A stretch of DNA of 63,706 nt, counting the filler, from Reticulomyxa filosa (lineage: Eukaryota > Protista > Foraminifera): the NCBI GenBank assembly GCA_000512085.1. It is 26 parts of 26 records of this genome, joined end to end, with 100 filler letters (N's around TTAATTAATTAA, not from the genome) between each part and the next. Parts side by side here need not be neighbours in the genome. Positions count along the whole stretch, not along the records: positions 15,175 to 20,305 come from ASPP01004112.1; positions 20,406 to 22,032 come from ASPP01034133.1; positions 22,133 to 23,643 come from ASPP01011884.1; positions 23,744 to 26,152 come from ASPP01003214.1; positions 26,253 to 31,774 come from ASPP01016172.1; 21 more parts are not named here. One strand, given 5' to 3'. Under the pieces are notes generated by a model, which saw nothing but the letters and a program-made list of their open reading frames with translations, ran no database searches and was not told the DNA's origin. This document shows, one piece after another, positions 16,220 to 28,397 of the stretch; position 1 is the first letter of the stretch, and each line of letters starts with the position of its first letter. The position numbers and the translations under genes are program-made.

Positions 16220-19200
16220 TGGATGTCAGGAATGCCCGCTGAAAGTAGAAAGATACTGACATTATGATGTCACAACGGCTGCAGAGAAGAAGTGGAATGC
16301 GAGTTGGATCTGTTTAAAAAAACTCGTCGCAAGATTTACTGATTGTGGCTCTTCACACTCGCGAATGGAGACTTTGCGTGTTCCAGACACGCACTACCTA
16401 TCAATGAACGAGTGTAGTAACTCGAACAAATTAGAAAGAAATTGTTCGCAATCAACGTAGGCGCGAACAAGTGTCTGCAGATAATTGTTGACTTGGCACA
16501 GCGCCAAAGGTAGCATCAAACTGTGGTCTACAGGTGCCAACGAACAATGGAAACTCGGTCCTTATGAAAAGTGCGGTTCGGTTGTTGTTATGTGTTGATA
16601 AAGTTGGCACCGAGATTAGAAACTCGTGTCGAAACTGGTTGTGTGCGTACGCACACCCGCAACTTTGGATTTTACTCAGTGTATATGCTGGTGTGAGGAA
16701 TTGTCAGCAACAAATACCCCAAGAATGAAAAAAAATGAATAAAAGTGATAATCCATCCACAATCAAATCGCCAATCAAAACATTGAATGTACTGGAAATA
16801 CCGGCGCAAAGTGTGTCTCTCATCAAAAGGGAGACTATTTTTTTCAAGTACAAAGTCCATCTGCTCTTGTGGAACAGTTGGACAAGATTTTCACATACCA
16901 GTCCCTGAAAGTTGGATCTTGGTGCAGCCAGTCGACGAAAGAAAGTTCATCAAGAAGAAAAAAAGATGTTATGATACGCGAAGTAGAAAAGATACATTGT
17001 GGTGTCGCAACAGCTGCAGAGAAGGAGTGAAAGGCGATGAAGAAAAGAGCGCGGAACTTGAAGAAACACTTAATCATCACAATTGAGAAAACCACTACAT
17101 TGGGAGAATATTCCATGTGAGAGTGGTTCAACTTGGTGGAGGAATTGTGCGAAACTCCGCAAGATATCGGCAAGTAAGAAGATAAACAAATTATGATGAG
17201 AATGAGGATGATTAAGAGAAAAAAGGGGATATCGAAACCATATCGCGTTGGACCTGTTAAAAAAAAACAAATAAAACTGTCTTCTAGATTTACTTAGTGT
17301 TGTTATGTACTGGCTCTTCACGTTCGCGAGTGTAGACTTGCATATTTCCAAACACGCGTCAAAGAATGAATAAGTGTGTGAAAATATCTTGCAGTGGTAG
17401 CTCAGTTCGGCAACGTTCATCGGCGCTTATTCAACAGACGAAAGGCACACGACTCTTGCGGTGATAGTCTCTAAGATCGCGACTATGGGCTACAGACAGC
17501 ATGTTAGATGCGACGCAATATTTTGTATTGGTCGCATTATCCCAGTATTTGGAGAACATTAAAGTGCAAGTCGCCAATTTGAGTCGGATTCGAGTCGACG
17601 TGGTTTTAAATTGTGAGCTCAAAAATCGTTGAACCATGGCAACCAAGAACGACTAGAACGAATATGTCAAATAATGAAAAAGGAAATATGAATTGTACCA
17701 TTCCTCCGTCATTGAATTGCCAATCAAAATATTATCGAATGGACGCATGGTGATGGATGCAAAAATTTCTAAGAGCGACCATTATCAAATGCAAATATGT
17801 GTCCCCTCATCATAAGGGCGATGATAGTGGACGAACGTCGTATTTAGAAAATATCCATCATATGATGGCACTTAAATAGTTGAAAAAAGCTGTCCCAGTC
17901 CAATCGCGGGCAATCCTTCTTTTTGGTAAGTTTGCTTTCGTAGTTGGGTAGCACCAAGATCCAGAAAGAAAAACTTAAAAATAACGCGCAAAATAAAAAC
18001 GAGATCGATATCACGGTATCCCCACAGCAGCAGCGACTGGATTAATCGAAAAAATAGAAAAAAAATGGAAGGTAAAGAAAAAGTGGATGCGGACGTCGTA
18101 TGAAATAATCACATATGGCTTTCGAGTAAGCCACTCTCACATGGAACTATTCTCCCGGTGTTGTTGTTCTCCAATTCGTGGATGAGTTTTGCGATACTCA
18201 ATTTCATTAACAAATAAGAAGATGATGTAAAAAAAGAGGATTCCAAGGCCATACAGTCATTGGATTTGTTTTTTTAAAAAAAAGATCGTCTGTCAATGTT
18301 CAGTTATGGTCCTTCACTCACAAGTAGCGATTTTGCTTGTTCTTAACGTGGACTATTTCACATAGTGCACCCATCAATGGAAGCTGCTGGATGGATGTGG
18401 CAATGTCAAGCGCAGTGCCAACAATGATGGCGAAGACAACGGTAACGTAGTCCATGTTCATTCTACTCGTTTGTCAATTACTTCAATACATTGGACTTAG
18501 TGTTGTGTGCTTCAATATTTGGATGCCAATGCTGTTGGTGTGTGCGCAAGAGAGCAAATGTTGTTGCGCATTATTACAAAAAGCAACAAGGCAGTGCCAA
18601 TCGATAACAGATCGACGATTTAATAATCGCTCCATATTTACTGAAAGAAACAAAGGCTTGGATATTGGCAATGTGTTGGTGACGTTGGGCCCTGCTGAGG
18701 ATATTTAAACAATATTTTATGTTAGCAGTGGAGCATCTCAAATCTCAAAAACGCCGTCGCTGTGGATACGAACGAATTGTTTGGTTATCAAAACCGAATC
18801 ACTCGGATTCAAAAAGTGGAATGGTCTTTGTAGCTCTAGGGAAGAGCCTTTCAGTGATACTATCTTCCTTCAAGTCACAGTTCAATTGTTCCAAATAACG
18901 GAATACTTGATGGGAAGCATTATCATTGAAACCAGCGTGCATTCCAACACAAGGGTTCAAGGTATTTCGTTGGTCATTTGTGCGCCTGTCTCTTTCCTGT
19001 TACATGCTATAATTCGTGCTTGAGTCCATTGCCTGAAAAAGTTTTTGTTTTATGTGTACATATTTGATATATAACATCTTTATAACGTATACTAATTATT
19101 TATTTATATGTGTGTTATGTGTTGCTTAAACTTTTTGAGTAGATCTTTAAAGATGTGCAAATGGAAATGGGCAAGTTGCTGTTAATATTGCCATTGGTGC

Positions 19201-19275
19201 TGAAGTAAATCCACAGCAAAAATGGTTATGCCAATAGCAACGGTGCATTGATTATGGATCATGGTATTATGCTTT
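16220..19275. repeat. Degenerate multicopy repeat or pseudogene family with internally repeated units
   Basis: Related units at ~16230-16420, ~16975-17380 and ~18125-18370. 18140-19275 is colinear with the reverse complement of contig 52766-53962. No intact ORF. Confidence 0.75.
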
Positions 19276-20405
19276 AAAAAACGTATAATTTGGAAAAAAA
19301 ATTTGAAGGTCCATGTCCGTGCAATGTGCTCATGATTGATTGAAGATGGTGAGCTTTGCAACCTTGTTCCAAGTTATAATATTTTCTTTATAATGTGATT
19401 GGAGAAAACTTGAACAATGTATGATGAATACACGCATATATAACATAGGTCTCAAAGAATACAAACATGTCAATCGAACATTGGAAAGTGGTAGTTGCGG
19501 TGCTGGCAAGCAAGGCAAAGTGAAGTCAACTGATGCCAAGTGTATGGCATATCCAGCTGCAAGTATTCTTGCTTCCATTTTGTCTGTTTGTCCCAATTGT
19601 AATTTCTTTGTTTTTTTTAATAATAATTGAAGTTTCTTCTCCAGCTCGCCTGATATCGTCATCAATTATGTTCATTGTAAAAAATTTTAGTATTTAAATC
19701 TAAAAGAAAGTCAAATATGCAGATAGATCCGATTTATGTCTTTGAAAAAACAATAACTGGAATTAATTGCATGTAATAATATGCAATAGACTCTTATATT
19801 GTTAGAGTTGGTGCTAGAAAAAAAAAACATTAGATAGTTCAATTCATATCAAGTGCTCCAAAAGAGCTACGCTTAAGCTCTCGTTGTTGTCGCTTAATCC
19901 ACAACCAATCAAACAAACAATGTCAAACTCCGTCGCTTTTTTTTTTTTTTTTTTAAAGTTCAAAAGCGAACAACTGTAATACGAGAGGAAATTTAAAAAA
20001 AAAAAAGGGTAAATTAGAAAAAACAAAACCAACAAAAAAATTTTTTTCCAAAAAAAAAAAAATCGAAATGCGACGTTGCGTCACCCCAAACCCTCTTACA
20101 CAAAAAAAGTAAGAGGAAAAAAAAACAAAACAAATTGATTGGCTACGTTATAGCCAGTCGGGGCAAATGAATCAGAAAAAGCAGTCTTGACATTGGCAGT
20201 ATCTTCTGAAGTATGCAATATGGGATTTGATTGCGTTACATTGGCCGCAGCATCGTCAGTATGAATGATATTGGGGGTATCTGCGATTGGAGGAGGTGAA
20301 ATCAGNNNNNNNNNNNNNNNNNNNNNNNNNNNNNNNNNNNNNNNNNNNNTTAATTAATTAANNNNNNNNNNNNNNNNNNNNNNNNNNNNNNNNNNNNNNN
20401 NNNNN

Positions 20406-20533
20406 TATGTTAAAGCGTTTTAAGATTATTGCTGATCGGTATCGCAATAGAAGAAAGAGGTTTGGCCTACGTTTTAATCTTATTACTGCTTTTTATAATT
20501 GGGAGCTGAAGTTATGAGTTTCGAAAGAAGTCT
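20406..20533 (+). mobile_element. IS5-family (ISL2/IS702-like) transposase C-terminus and right terminal inverted repeat
   Basis: 20407-20517 encodes MLKRFKIIADRYRNRRKRFGLRFNLITAFYNWELKL*, followed by IR-like AGTTTCGAAAGAAGTCT and then A. Confidence 0.8.
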
Positions 20534-20995
20534 AATATTTAATCTTCCTAAGAGATGGTCACACTCATGTTGAAATACCTTAGCTGCAAATCCTTCTAAA
20601 ATTTTCTTAATTATTTTTCCCTTAACATTTAAATACTTAACCTCAATTTTTTCAAAACGCCCAATATACGCTATTTTTATTATACTAGTCCTTATTGTTG
20701 AGTAACAAGCCTCCCAACCAAATATTTTTTTATCTTCAATCGGCAAATACTTTGGATTAATAACTGGTTCTAAATTGTCATACTTGCGATCAAAACTATA
20801 GACAAAAACAGCCTTATTGATTCCTATTTGAGGGGCAGCAAGCCCAGCGCTTGGACCATTGATTTCTTTTAATGCAGCTAGTAATTTCTTCACAATTTCT
20901 TCAGCTTCTACAAATTGATCTTTTTTAATCAAACTAGCTTTTTGATATAAATGTTTATTATTTGAATCTTCGATGGTTACTATCTTTAATGACAT
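20483..20995 (-). CDS. def: Peptide deformylase (bacterial), C-terminus replaced by IS-derived sequence
   Basis: Motifs GLAAPQIG, EACYS (EGCLS-like) and QHECDHLLG. Confidence 0.93.
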   Translation of the reverse strand: MSLKIVTIEDSNNKHLYQKASLIKKDQFVEAEEIVKKLLAALKEINGPSAGLAAPQIGINKAVFVYSFDRKYDNLEPVINPKYLPIEDKKIFGWEACYSTIRTSIIKIAYIGRFEKIEVKYLNVKGKIIKKILEGFAAKVFQHECDHLLGRLNIRLLSKLITSAPNYKKQ

Positions 20996-21022
20996 GGGAT
21001 AAACATATATATGATCAATAAG

Positions 21023-21648
21023 TTAAGGTGTAATAAAGGATATGAATTTCCAATACTGTTGGTCAAAGTCATCAACAAAATTATTAAATAACGTCGCAAG
21101 ATATTTATTGTATTCCACGAAGGCAAGGCCTAATGCAAAGATTGAACTATATCTATATTCTTGATGGAAATTATTGGAAAAAACTGGCACCGCATTTATT
21201 TCTATATTAGGCATAAGCCTTTCAAATATTAATTTGCTTCTCGGCGTATGGTAGCTGGAGGTGACTAAATACAAACTTTTATAATTATGTAATTCCATAA
21301 ATATTTTAGCTTCCAAAGCATTTTCTAAGGTATTTTGGGCAATTGAACCTAATACTACCTGGTCTTTTTCTATTTCATATTTATCCATCAATTTAGTAAA
21401 ATCTTCGATTTTAACCCCCATACCTACCCCAGATATAAGGAGCTTCTTTGCATTATTATTTTTAAAAAGGCTAAAACCATTTTCAATCCGATTTTTTCCT
21501 CCAGTTAGTATTATAATCGCATCAGTGTATTGTTTTTTATCAAAGCTTGTTGGTAATTCAATAAAGAAAAACAAAAACCGAATACCCAGAGAACCAATAA
21601 ACAAGCTAGCGTATAGAGGAGAAAGGTAAATCTTCTTTTTAAATTCAT
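21023..21648 (-). CDS. YdcF/ElyC/SanA (DUF218) family membrane-anchored protein
   Basis: DAIIILTGG, LLISG, NTLENA, LVTSSYHTPRS, EYNKY. Likely ATG at 21648 with an N-terminal TM helix and a homopolymer frameshift near 21570. Confidence 0.88.
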
Positions 21649-21696
21649 TTTTCTAATCAAAGAATAAAGGAAGCAAAGTTACCACTATTTAAATAA

Positions 21697-21773
21697 TGGC
21701 GGGGATGACGAGACTCGAACTCGCGACCTCCGGCGTGACAGGCCGGCACTCTAACCAACTGAGCTACATCCCC
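21697..21773 (-). tRNA. tRNA-Asp(GTC)
   Basis: Reverse complement GGGGATGTAGCTCAGTTGGTTAGAGTGCCGGCCTGTCACGCCGG...GTTCGAG...CATCCCCGCCA; 77 nt, encoded CCA. Confidence 0.96.
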
Positions 21774-21833
21774 GTTATTCATCTTAAAGATGCAGAATAA
21801 ATAACTAGAAGCAAATTGCAACGGATTTTTATA

Positions 21834-21909
21834 TGGTGGGCGGTGACAGGGTCGAACTGCCGACCTACTGGGTGTAAACCAGTTGCTCTACCAGCTGAGC
21901 TAACCGCCC
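21834..21909 (-). tRNA. tRNA-Val(TAC)
   Basis: Reverse complement GGGCGGTTAGCTCAGCTGGTAGAGCAACTGGTTTACACCCAGT...GTTCGA...ACCGCCCACCA; 76 nt, anticodon stem ACTGG/CCAGT. Confidence 0.95.
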
Positions 21910-22132
21910 CTACTAATAATATCCGTGTTAGTTTAAATATAGATATTTTAGGTAAAAATCAAGCAAGAATATCAAAATTAAATATCTTCAGCAGGGCGAT
22001 CGGATGAAATAAATACAAAATAGTTGAGAAAANNNNNNNNNNNNNNNNNNNNNNNNNNNNNNNNNNNNNNNNNNNNTTAATTAATTAANNNNNNNNNNNN
22101 NNNNNNNNNNNNNNNNNNNNNNNNNNNNNNNN

Positions 22133-22471
22133 CGCCGCGGACGAGGAACGGTGGAGGTTACAACCTTGCAGGTCGCCGACTTGGAGTTGGATCTGTTACG
22201 CCGCCGTGTTAGTCGTGATGGAAGACGTATCACACTGACCGCCAAGGAATTTGGTCTGCTGGAACTGCTGATGCGCCGCCAGGGCGAGGTGCTGCCGCGC
22301 TCGCTAATTGCCTCGCAGGTATGGGACATGAACTTCGATAGCGACACCAATGTAATCGACGTGGCCATGCGGCGATTACGTGCCAAGGTAGACGATGATT
22401 TTGACCTTAAGCTGATCCATACCGTACGCGGCATGGGCTATGTGCTCGAAGTATCGGAGGAGAAAGCGTGA
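22133..22471 (+). CDS. cusR: Heavy-metal response regulator CusR/CopR/CzcR family (C-terminal OmpR-type DNA-binding half)
   Basis: [56 protein letters not shown]. Confidence 0.9.
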   Translation, partial: RRGRGTVEVTTLQVADLELDLLRRRVSRDGRRITLTAKEFGLLELLMRRQGEVLPRSLIASQVWDMNFDSDTNVIDVAMRRLRAKVDDDFDLKLIHTVRGMGYVLEVSEEKA

Positions 22472-23643
22472 AGCGAAGGTTTTCGCTGACGACACGACTG
22501 ACTATGTTCTATGCCGCAGTGTCAGTACTGTTATTGGCAGGTCTCGGTATATTGGTCAGCGTGATGATCGACCAGCATTTTGCGGAACAGGATGCTGATG
22601 ATCTGCGCGATAAACTAGGATTGATCCGCGAAGTGATGAGCACATCATCCAGCATTCCCGCGTTGGCCTCTCGGCTGGATGATGTGGTACACAATCACCG
22701 TGACCTTTATGTCCAACTACAAAGACTGGACTATCCTGTTTACGCCTCCCAATCGCCCGCAGCATTTCACTTTCCGTCTCCAGGCACCAATACAAGCCAA
22801 CAGATGGTAAGTTGGCGGCATAGCGGCATTGACTATCACGGGATGTGTGGCAGCGGGCAGCTCTCCGATACTGAAAGCACGACGTTGACTATCTGCGCAG
22901 CAATTGATACCCGACGACACCAACATTTCATTGGCATGATTGGTCAATCACTGGCTGTGTATATCTTACTGTCGGCACTAGTTGGAGGCTTGTTAGCCTG
23001 GTGGGTGGCACGCAATGGCCTGGCTCCGTTGCGTGCCATGAAAGCGAGGGCACAGGCAATCACTGGCCAGCGCTTGGAAGCCCAAATGCCAGTAGAGTCT
23101 GTACCGGTGGAAATGGCAGATCTAGCAGAGTCCCTGAATGCCATGCTTCGCCGACTACAGGGGGAATTTCGCAAGCTGTCGGAATTTTCATCCGACCTTG
23201 CGCACGAGTTGCGTACCCCCATCAGCAACTTGCTCACCGAAACACAAGTAGCTATTTCCATGCCACGCTCTGCGGCTGAGTACCGCGACATTTTGGCATC
23301 GAATGCCGAGGAATTTCAGCGTTTGGCCCGTATGGTGTCTGACATGTTGTTTCTGGCCAAGGCCGAGCATGGTCTGGTACTGCCAAGCCGGGAGCGGATT
23401 ACCATCGAGGATGAAGTGGCGGCGTTGCTGGAGTTTTATGAGGCACTGGCGGAAGAGAAAAACATCCGTTTACAGCAAACCGGTCATGGCATCATTTGGG
23501 GCGATCGCTTGATGTTGCGCCGAGCCCTCAGCAATCTACTGTCCAATGCACTGCGTTACACACCGACTGATAGTGTGGTTAGTATTCTTATTCAGCAGGA
23601 TCAGCAAGGAACCACCGTCAGTATCAGCAACCCCGGCCCCACC
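22468..23643 (+). CDS. cusS: Heavy-metal sensor histidine kinase CusS/CopS family (3' truncated)
   Basis: Two TM helices, HAMP, H-box [13 protein letters not shown]-box [13 protein letters not shown]; GTGA overlap with the regulator. Confidence 0.9.
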
Positions 23644-25382
23644 NNNNNNNNNNNNNNNNNNNNNNNNNNNNNNNNNNNNNNNNNNNNTTAATTAATTAAN
23701 NNNNNNNNNNNNNNNNNNNNNNNNNNNNNNNNNNNNNNNNNNNAAGGTTTATCACATGCGTTAGAAATCAGTCATACAATATTTGTAATAAATCAAGACC
23801 AAACACTCATTTGAATTATATTTCATGTAATGCAATTGATTAAATAATTCAACAAACATTATTGCAGAAATTGAATCAATTAATCTGCGCTACCTTTCAA
23901 ATCTGGCCTCTCCATGCCTTTCCCAACAATTCGGACTTATTGCACAAATTTCCAATAACAAAATTTAATCACTAATTCCAATGCTATCATAAAAAAATCC
24001 ACTAAATCACAAAGTTATTTCTTCTAACCAATCTTCAATGACATTGAAAACCATTTCCTACTTGAGCTTTTTCTTCCTTATTTCAATAGTTAATCTCCAG
24101 ATATTTTGTTCTTTCAGCTTAACTTGAATAGATACTTTAAGATCTTGAGATTTAGCCGATAATCGATATAAACAAGATTAAAATGATGTATAATTTTTCT
24201 ACATATTCTGGCCCGTTTAGTTAACAGATATCTGATATTTTTAACTAGAAAAAACTTTTTATATTACTATAAAAAAATTTACTATTTTGCAATTTTAGAA
24301 GAAATTCTGGATTTTGAAATATGATAAATTTACAAGCTATATTTTTTGCAATTTTTAAGAACGTTTTCCATACTATGTTACTTTGTGCTTATGTCACTTT
24401 TTTCAATAAAAATTTAATCTCAATAACTTTCTATTCATAAGTACCACAATTAATCAATATACATCAGTCAAAGCAATACTCGTACACGATTCGTATACTG
24501 CTACAAATATAGATAAGACAAAGCATAATGTAAATAACAGTTGTTCCCGAACCAGAAAATAATGTATCTTTAATGTTGCTTGTGCAAATTGAGATCGTAA
24601 ATGTTTAGTGGATCATATCATCATATATCAAAATAATATCAATGTTAGAACAAAGTTTATATTATAAGTACTTCACACTTGCTTAAGAAAGATTTCGATT
24701 AAATTAGAATTTTTTTTTAGTTGAAACCAGTAATTTATTCTAACTGAAAAGAGCAAATTACCTCAAAGAAAACAAAGATTAATTTCGAATTTATCAGTTT
24801 CTACTACAATGCTTTGAAATGGAATCAGTATGTTGATTTAATCGTTTGAAATGGTTTTCTTATCTTTTAAAATTTGTGTTCTGTTGAACGTCTTGATCAA
24901 ATACTTTTGTGTCTTTTTTGAAAAAATAATCCTGTTTTATTGTCACCATCAAGTAGTTTTTCAGTGTCTGCTCCTTATGATGGGATAGCTATTTTATAGG
25001 ATTAATTTTTGTTATAATATTGAGTTTGCTTGCTACTATAAAAATATTTTATGTCCACAACAAGCGCATTGGTCAGTCTTAGTATGTGTACCGCACTATT
25101 AAAAGCTTATAAAAACAACAAAAACGAATTAATGCTTCAAGTTATTGATATTTACTCATTGAAAGATAAATATAGTGCAAAAAATTTGACAATAGTATCC
25201 GCAAGTTGCATAGTCTAATTCTTCACTTTGTTGTAAAGATTTTATTCTTGGTTTCTCCTTATGCAGAACGTTTGCATTGTTATGAGAATATTCGTACAAA
25301 AAATGAATTTTACAAATTTGTAAAAAAATTGAATTTGTTTTTTCGCAAAGAGTTGGAAAAAACGAGTGTGGCTAATGTTCAA

Positions 25383-26003
25383 CTAAGCACTGGACAATGA
25401 CATTTCTAGCAAAATGTTATTTTTTTCGGGGATATATTGAATGAATTCAACCCCGGCCATCGCAAGCAATCGCTTGGAAGCAATAAATTTTTTGTCGTTT
25501 GCATACTTGTCACTTAGATAGTAGATTTTAGTGATACCGGCTTGAATAATTAATTTGGCACAATCATTGCAAGGGAACAATAACACGTACATCGTGCAAT
25601 TTTTTAAATCGGTGTTTCGGTTTAAAATTGCATTCATTTCTGCATGACAAACATATGGATACTTGGTGTCGTTTTCATTTCCAGTTGATGATATTCGATT
25701 CCATGGAAGTAGATCGTCGCTGCATCCCCATGGAAATCCGTTGTATCCAATACCTTTAAAATATATTATAATAAAAGCAAGTCCATTTTAGTTACACAAT
25801 TCTCATGAACAAATTGCAAATAGGTATAAACGACTGTTTAAGTTAATGAGTTATTACCAACAATTTTTTTGTCGCTGTTGACAATGCAAGCTCCCACTTG
25901 CGTATTTGGGTCTTTGCTTCGGTAGCTGCTCAATTTTGCAACTGCCATAAAATATTCATCCCAGCTCAAGTAATCCTTTCTTTTGCTAACCTTCAACTCG
26001 GTC
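25383..26003 (-). CDS. dCMP deaminase (eukaryotic, intron ~25754-25856; start not resolved)
   Basis: [26 protein letters not shown] / [38 protein letters not shown] (HAE and PCxxC Zn motifs). Confidence 0.92.
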
Positions 26004-27122
26004 TTTTTTAAAAAATATTAGATTGTAAGTATTTTTCCCGAATTAATCAAAGTTTTGTTTTATTTTTCTAAGAGTGTTTTTCTTTTGTTTCTCGGATTTT
26101 TTGAGGTTGGTCACAAGATTTTAACATGAAAATAAATTCATTTTTTTTTTTTNNNNNNNNNNNNNNNNNNNNNNNNNNNNNNNNNNNNNNNNNNNNTTAA
26201 TTAATTAANNNNNNNNNNNNNNNNNNNNNNNNNNNNNNNNNNNNNNNNNNNNACATACATACATACAACCATGCCGTTAAATAAATGGTACATTGTTCAC
26301 TTGTTTTTTTTTCATTTTATCTTTGTGTTTGTGTTTGCTTTTTTTTTTTTTTATTTTTTATTTGCTTTGCGTTTCCCTTTGCGTCAATCACAAAATATTG
26401 CACGCGCACATGGTAATACATGTTCTTAACCGAATTGCAAACGGGGCCGCTTGAAACACAGTAGGGCGTAGGTAATGTGATGCTGTGAACTGGGAAATTT
26501 ATTGCGCACGCAAAGGGTGGAGCCAAAAAATTAGAAAACCCTTGCAATAACAAAGGACGACCTGGAGAAGGAGCACTCTGATCAAAAAAAATACCCTTCG
26601 TCTCGTTTCTGATTGCGCTGCGCTCCATCATATGCTTTTTTTGTCGTTCAAGTCATGTTTGCTCAAAGACAAATTGTCTTCACTATCACACACTCTTTGG
26701 CATTCATGCACAGAAATACAAACCTTTACAACGGAAGTATAACTTTGATGAAAAGTGAATGACCCCAAAAAGGCTAAATGAATTTTTGTGAACACATTCA
26801 AAGGAAAGGGGTGTGTTACTTCCATTTCCAAAATTTTATCCTGAAAATGTTAGATGTTTGAGTTGCAAGGAAAGCTGATCTAGTTTTTTTTTTTTGCAAT
26901 TTAAAGGAAAAAAAAAATATTTACAAAGCAATTGTGCATGAAGAATCACAACAATTTAGTGTGATATTGAAGAAGGGGACTATTTTAAACTAAATAAAAA
27001 ATCAATGCAAAAAAAATTGGTCATTACATAAAAATAAGTCTTTCAATCGACCTGTCAATATGAAACGCAAACAAATTGCAATTGTATATGCATTATCACT
27101 ATTTTTTTGTTGTTGGATGTTT

Positions 27123-28397
27123 TCAGTACGTATCCATAGTTTTCCACGTATGAGTGTGATGGATACTTTGTAGCTGAGACGATGGTAACCATTCAAAGAA
27201 GGCACCAACAGGTAGGTGATCACTAACAAAATTGTCGTCGGGCAACATGAGATCGAGAGAAGAAACTACATTACTGGGCAAGGAATCCATAACAGCAATA
27301 GTTTTTAAGCAATTTTCGGAGAAAAAAATAAAGTCGAGAACGCATTGTTCTCCAAGATTGCGAAACGTACTTCGCCTTTTTTTGGAACTTAACGAATAAG
27401 CGTCCTGAAAGTTCCAGAAATGTTTCAGGACCAATTTGATTTCATTTTCAGTGTTATGCTTGGAGCATTCTGTGAAGTTGAGATTGAGATGGAATTTTTT
27501 GTGGATCAAAGTTTGGTAGATGACCCCGTTGAAGTCAGAGTTGAAATCGCCACACATGACCACAGAGACATTGGGAATATATAAGTTTTGAGTGAAGCAA
27601 TGAAAAAGTATGCGATGCAGTATGGAATTGATTTCAGAAACTTGGACGACGTCACTATTTTTTGTGCCATAGCCACTGGACAAATGGCAATTACAAACCA
27701 ATACAAATTTTTTGTGTTGTCGTTGTGATGATGATAATGATGATTGTTCATTATTCGACTGGTTTTCTATTTTTTGTTTATTTACTTTTTTTTCCGAACA
27801 TTTGCCAAAAATTTGTTCCAATTGCTTATACAATTCCTCCGAAATTCCCATTGAATTTTCACTACTTTGTGACATTGACAGTGTTTGTGGACAATGTACT
27901 GATACTGTTTTATTCTCTTCTTTCGACACATCTTCGCTCTGACAACACTGCCGCATTTCCAACAACAAAATCAATGCTCGCGATCGATGGTCCGTTGCAA
28001 TGCATTCGAATTTCTCTGAGTTGAATAACACTGCTGTGCTCATTTCTTTCTTTTGTGAATTCACTACTGAACCATATGCAAATGGCATCCCCTCTTTGCT
28101 TTTTTTTTGCTCTTCCCGAAAGTACTCACCAAAATCTGTTGGAAATGAATTTCCGTCAATTTCTTGCAGACATACGATATCTGCTTGTGCACTTTCTATC
28201 GACTCGCGGATTCGATCTCTTCGGTAATCCCATTTCCTATGGGACTCCTTTTTGATGTTTGGATACATTTGCTTTTCGTTTTCGACGAAAGAGGAATACA
28301 AACAGTTCCAAGACAAAATAGAAAATTGATTCAGCTTTGGTGTTGGCGTTCTTGAAAACGGTGGATAATTCTGACAATCATTTTCAGCATTTCTCAT
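27123..28397 (-). CDS. Endonuclease/exonuclease/phosphatase, CCR4/Angel/PDE12-like
   Basis: ILSWNCL, ADIVCLQEID, CNCHL, MCGDFNS, LDFIFF, SDHLPV. Confidence 0.9.
   Translation of the reverse strand: MRNAENDCQNYPPFSRTPTPKLNQFSILSWNCLYSSFVENEKQMYPNIKKESHRKWDYRRDRIRESIESAQADIVCLQEIDGNSFPTDFGEYFREEQKKSKEGMPFAYGSVVNSQKKEMSTAVLFNSEKFECIATDHRSRALILLLEMRQCCQSEDVSKEENKTVSVHCPQTLSMSQSSENSMGISEELYKQLEQIFGKCSEKKVNKQKIENQSNNEQSSLSSSQRQHKKFVLVCNCHLSSGYGTKNSDVVQVSEINSILHRILFHCFTQNLYIPNVSVVMCGDFNSDFNGVIYQTLIHKKFHLNLNFTECSKHNTENEIKLVLKHFWNFQDAYSLSSKKRRSTFRNLGEQCVLDFIFFSENCLKTIAVMDSLPSNVVSSLDLMLPDDNFVSDHLPVGAFFEWLPSSQLQSIHHTHTWKTMDTY

Noticed and set aside
20406-23643. Bacterial genes amid eukaryotic genes as horizontal transfer or a genomic island
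   Set aside because: Each bacterial block is bounded by spacers and has no host flank or introns; co-sequenced bacteria explain it more simply.
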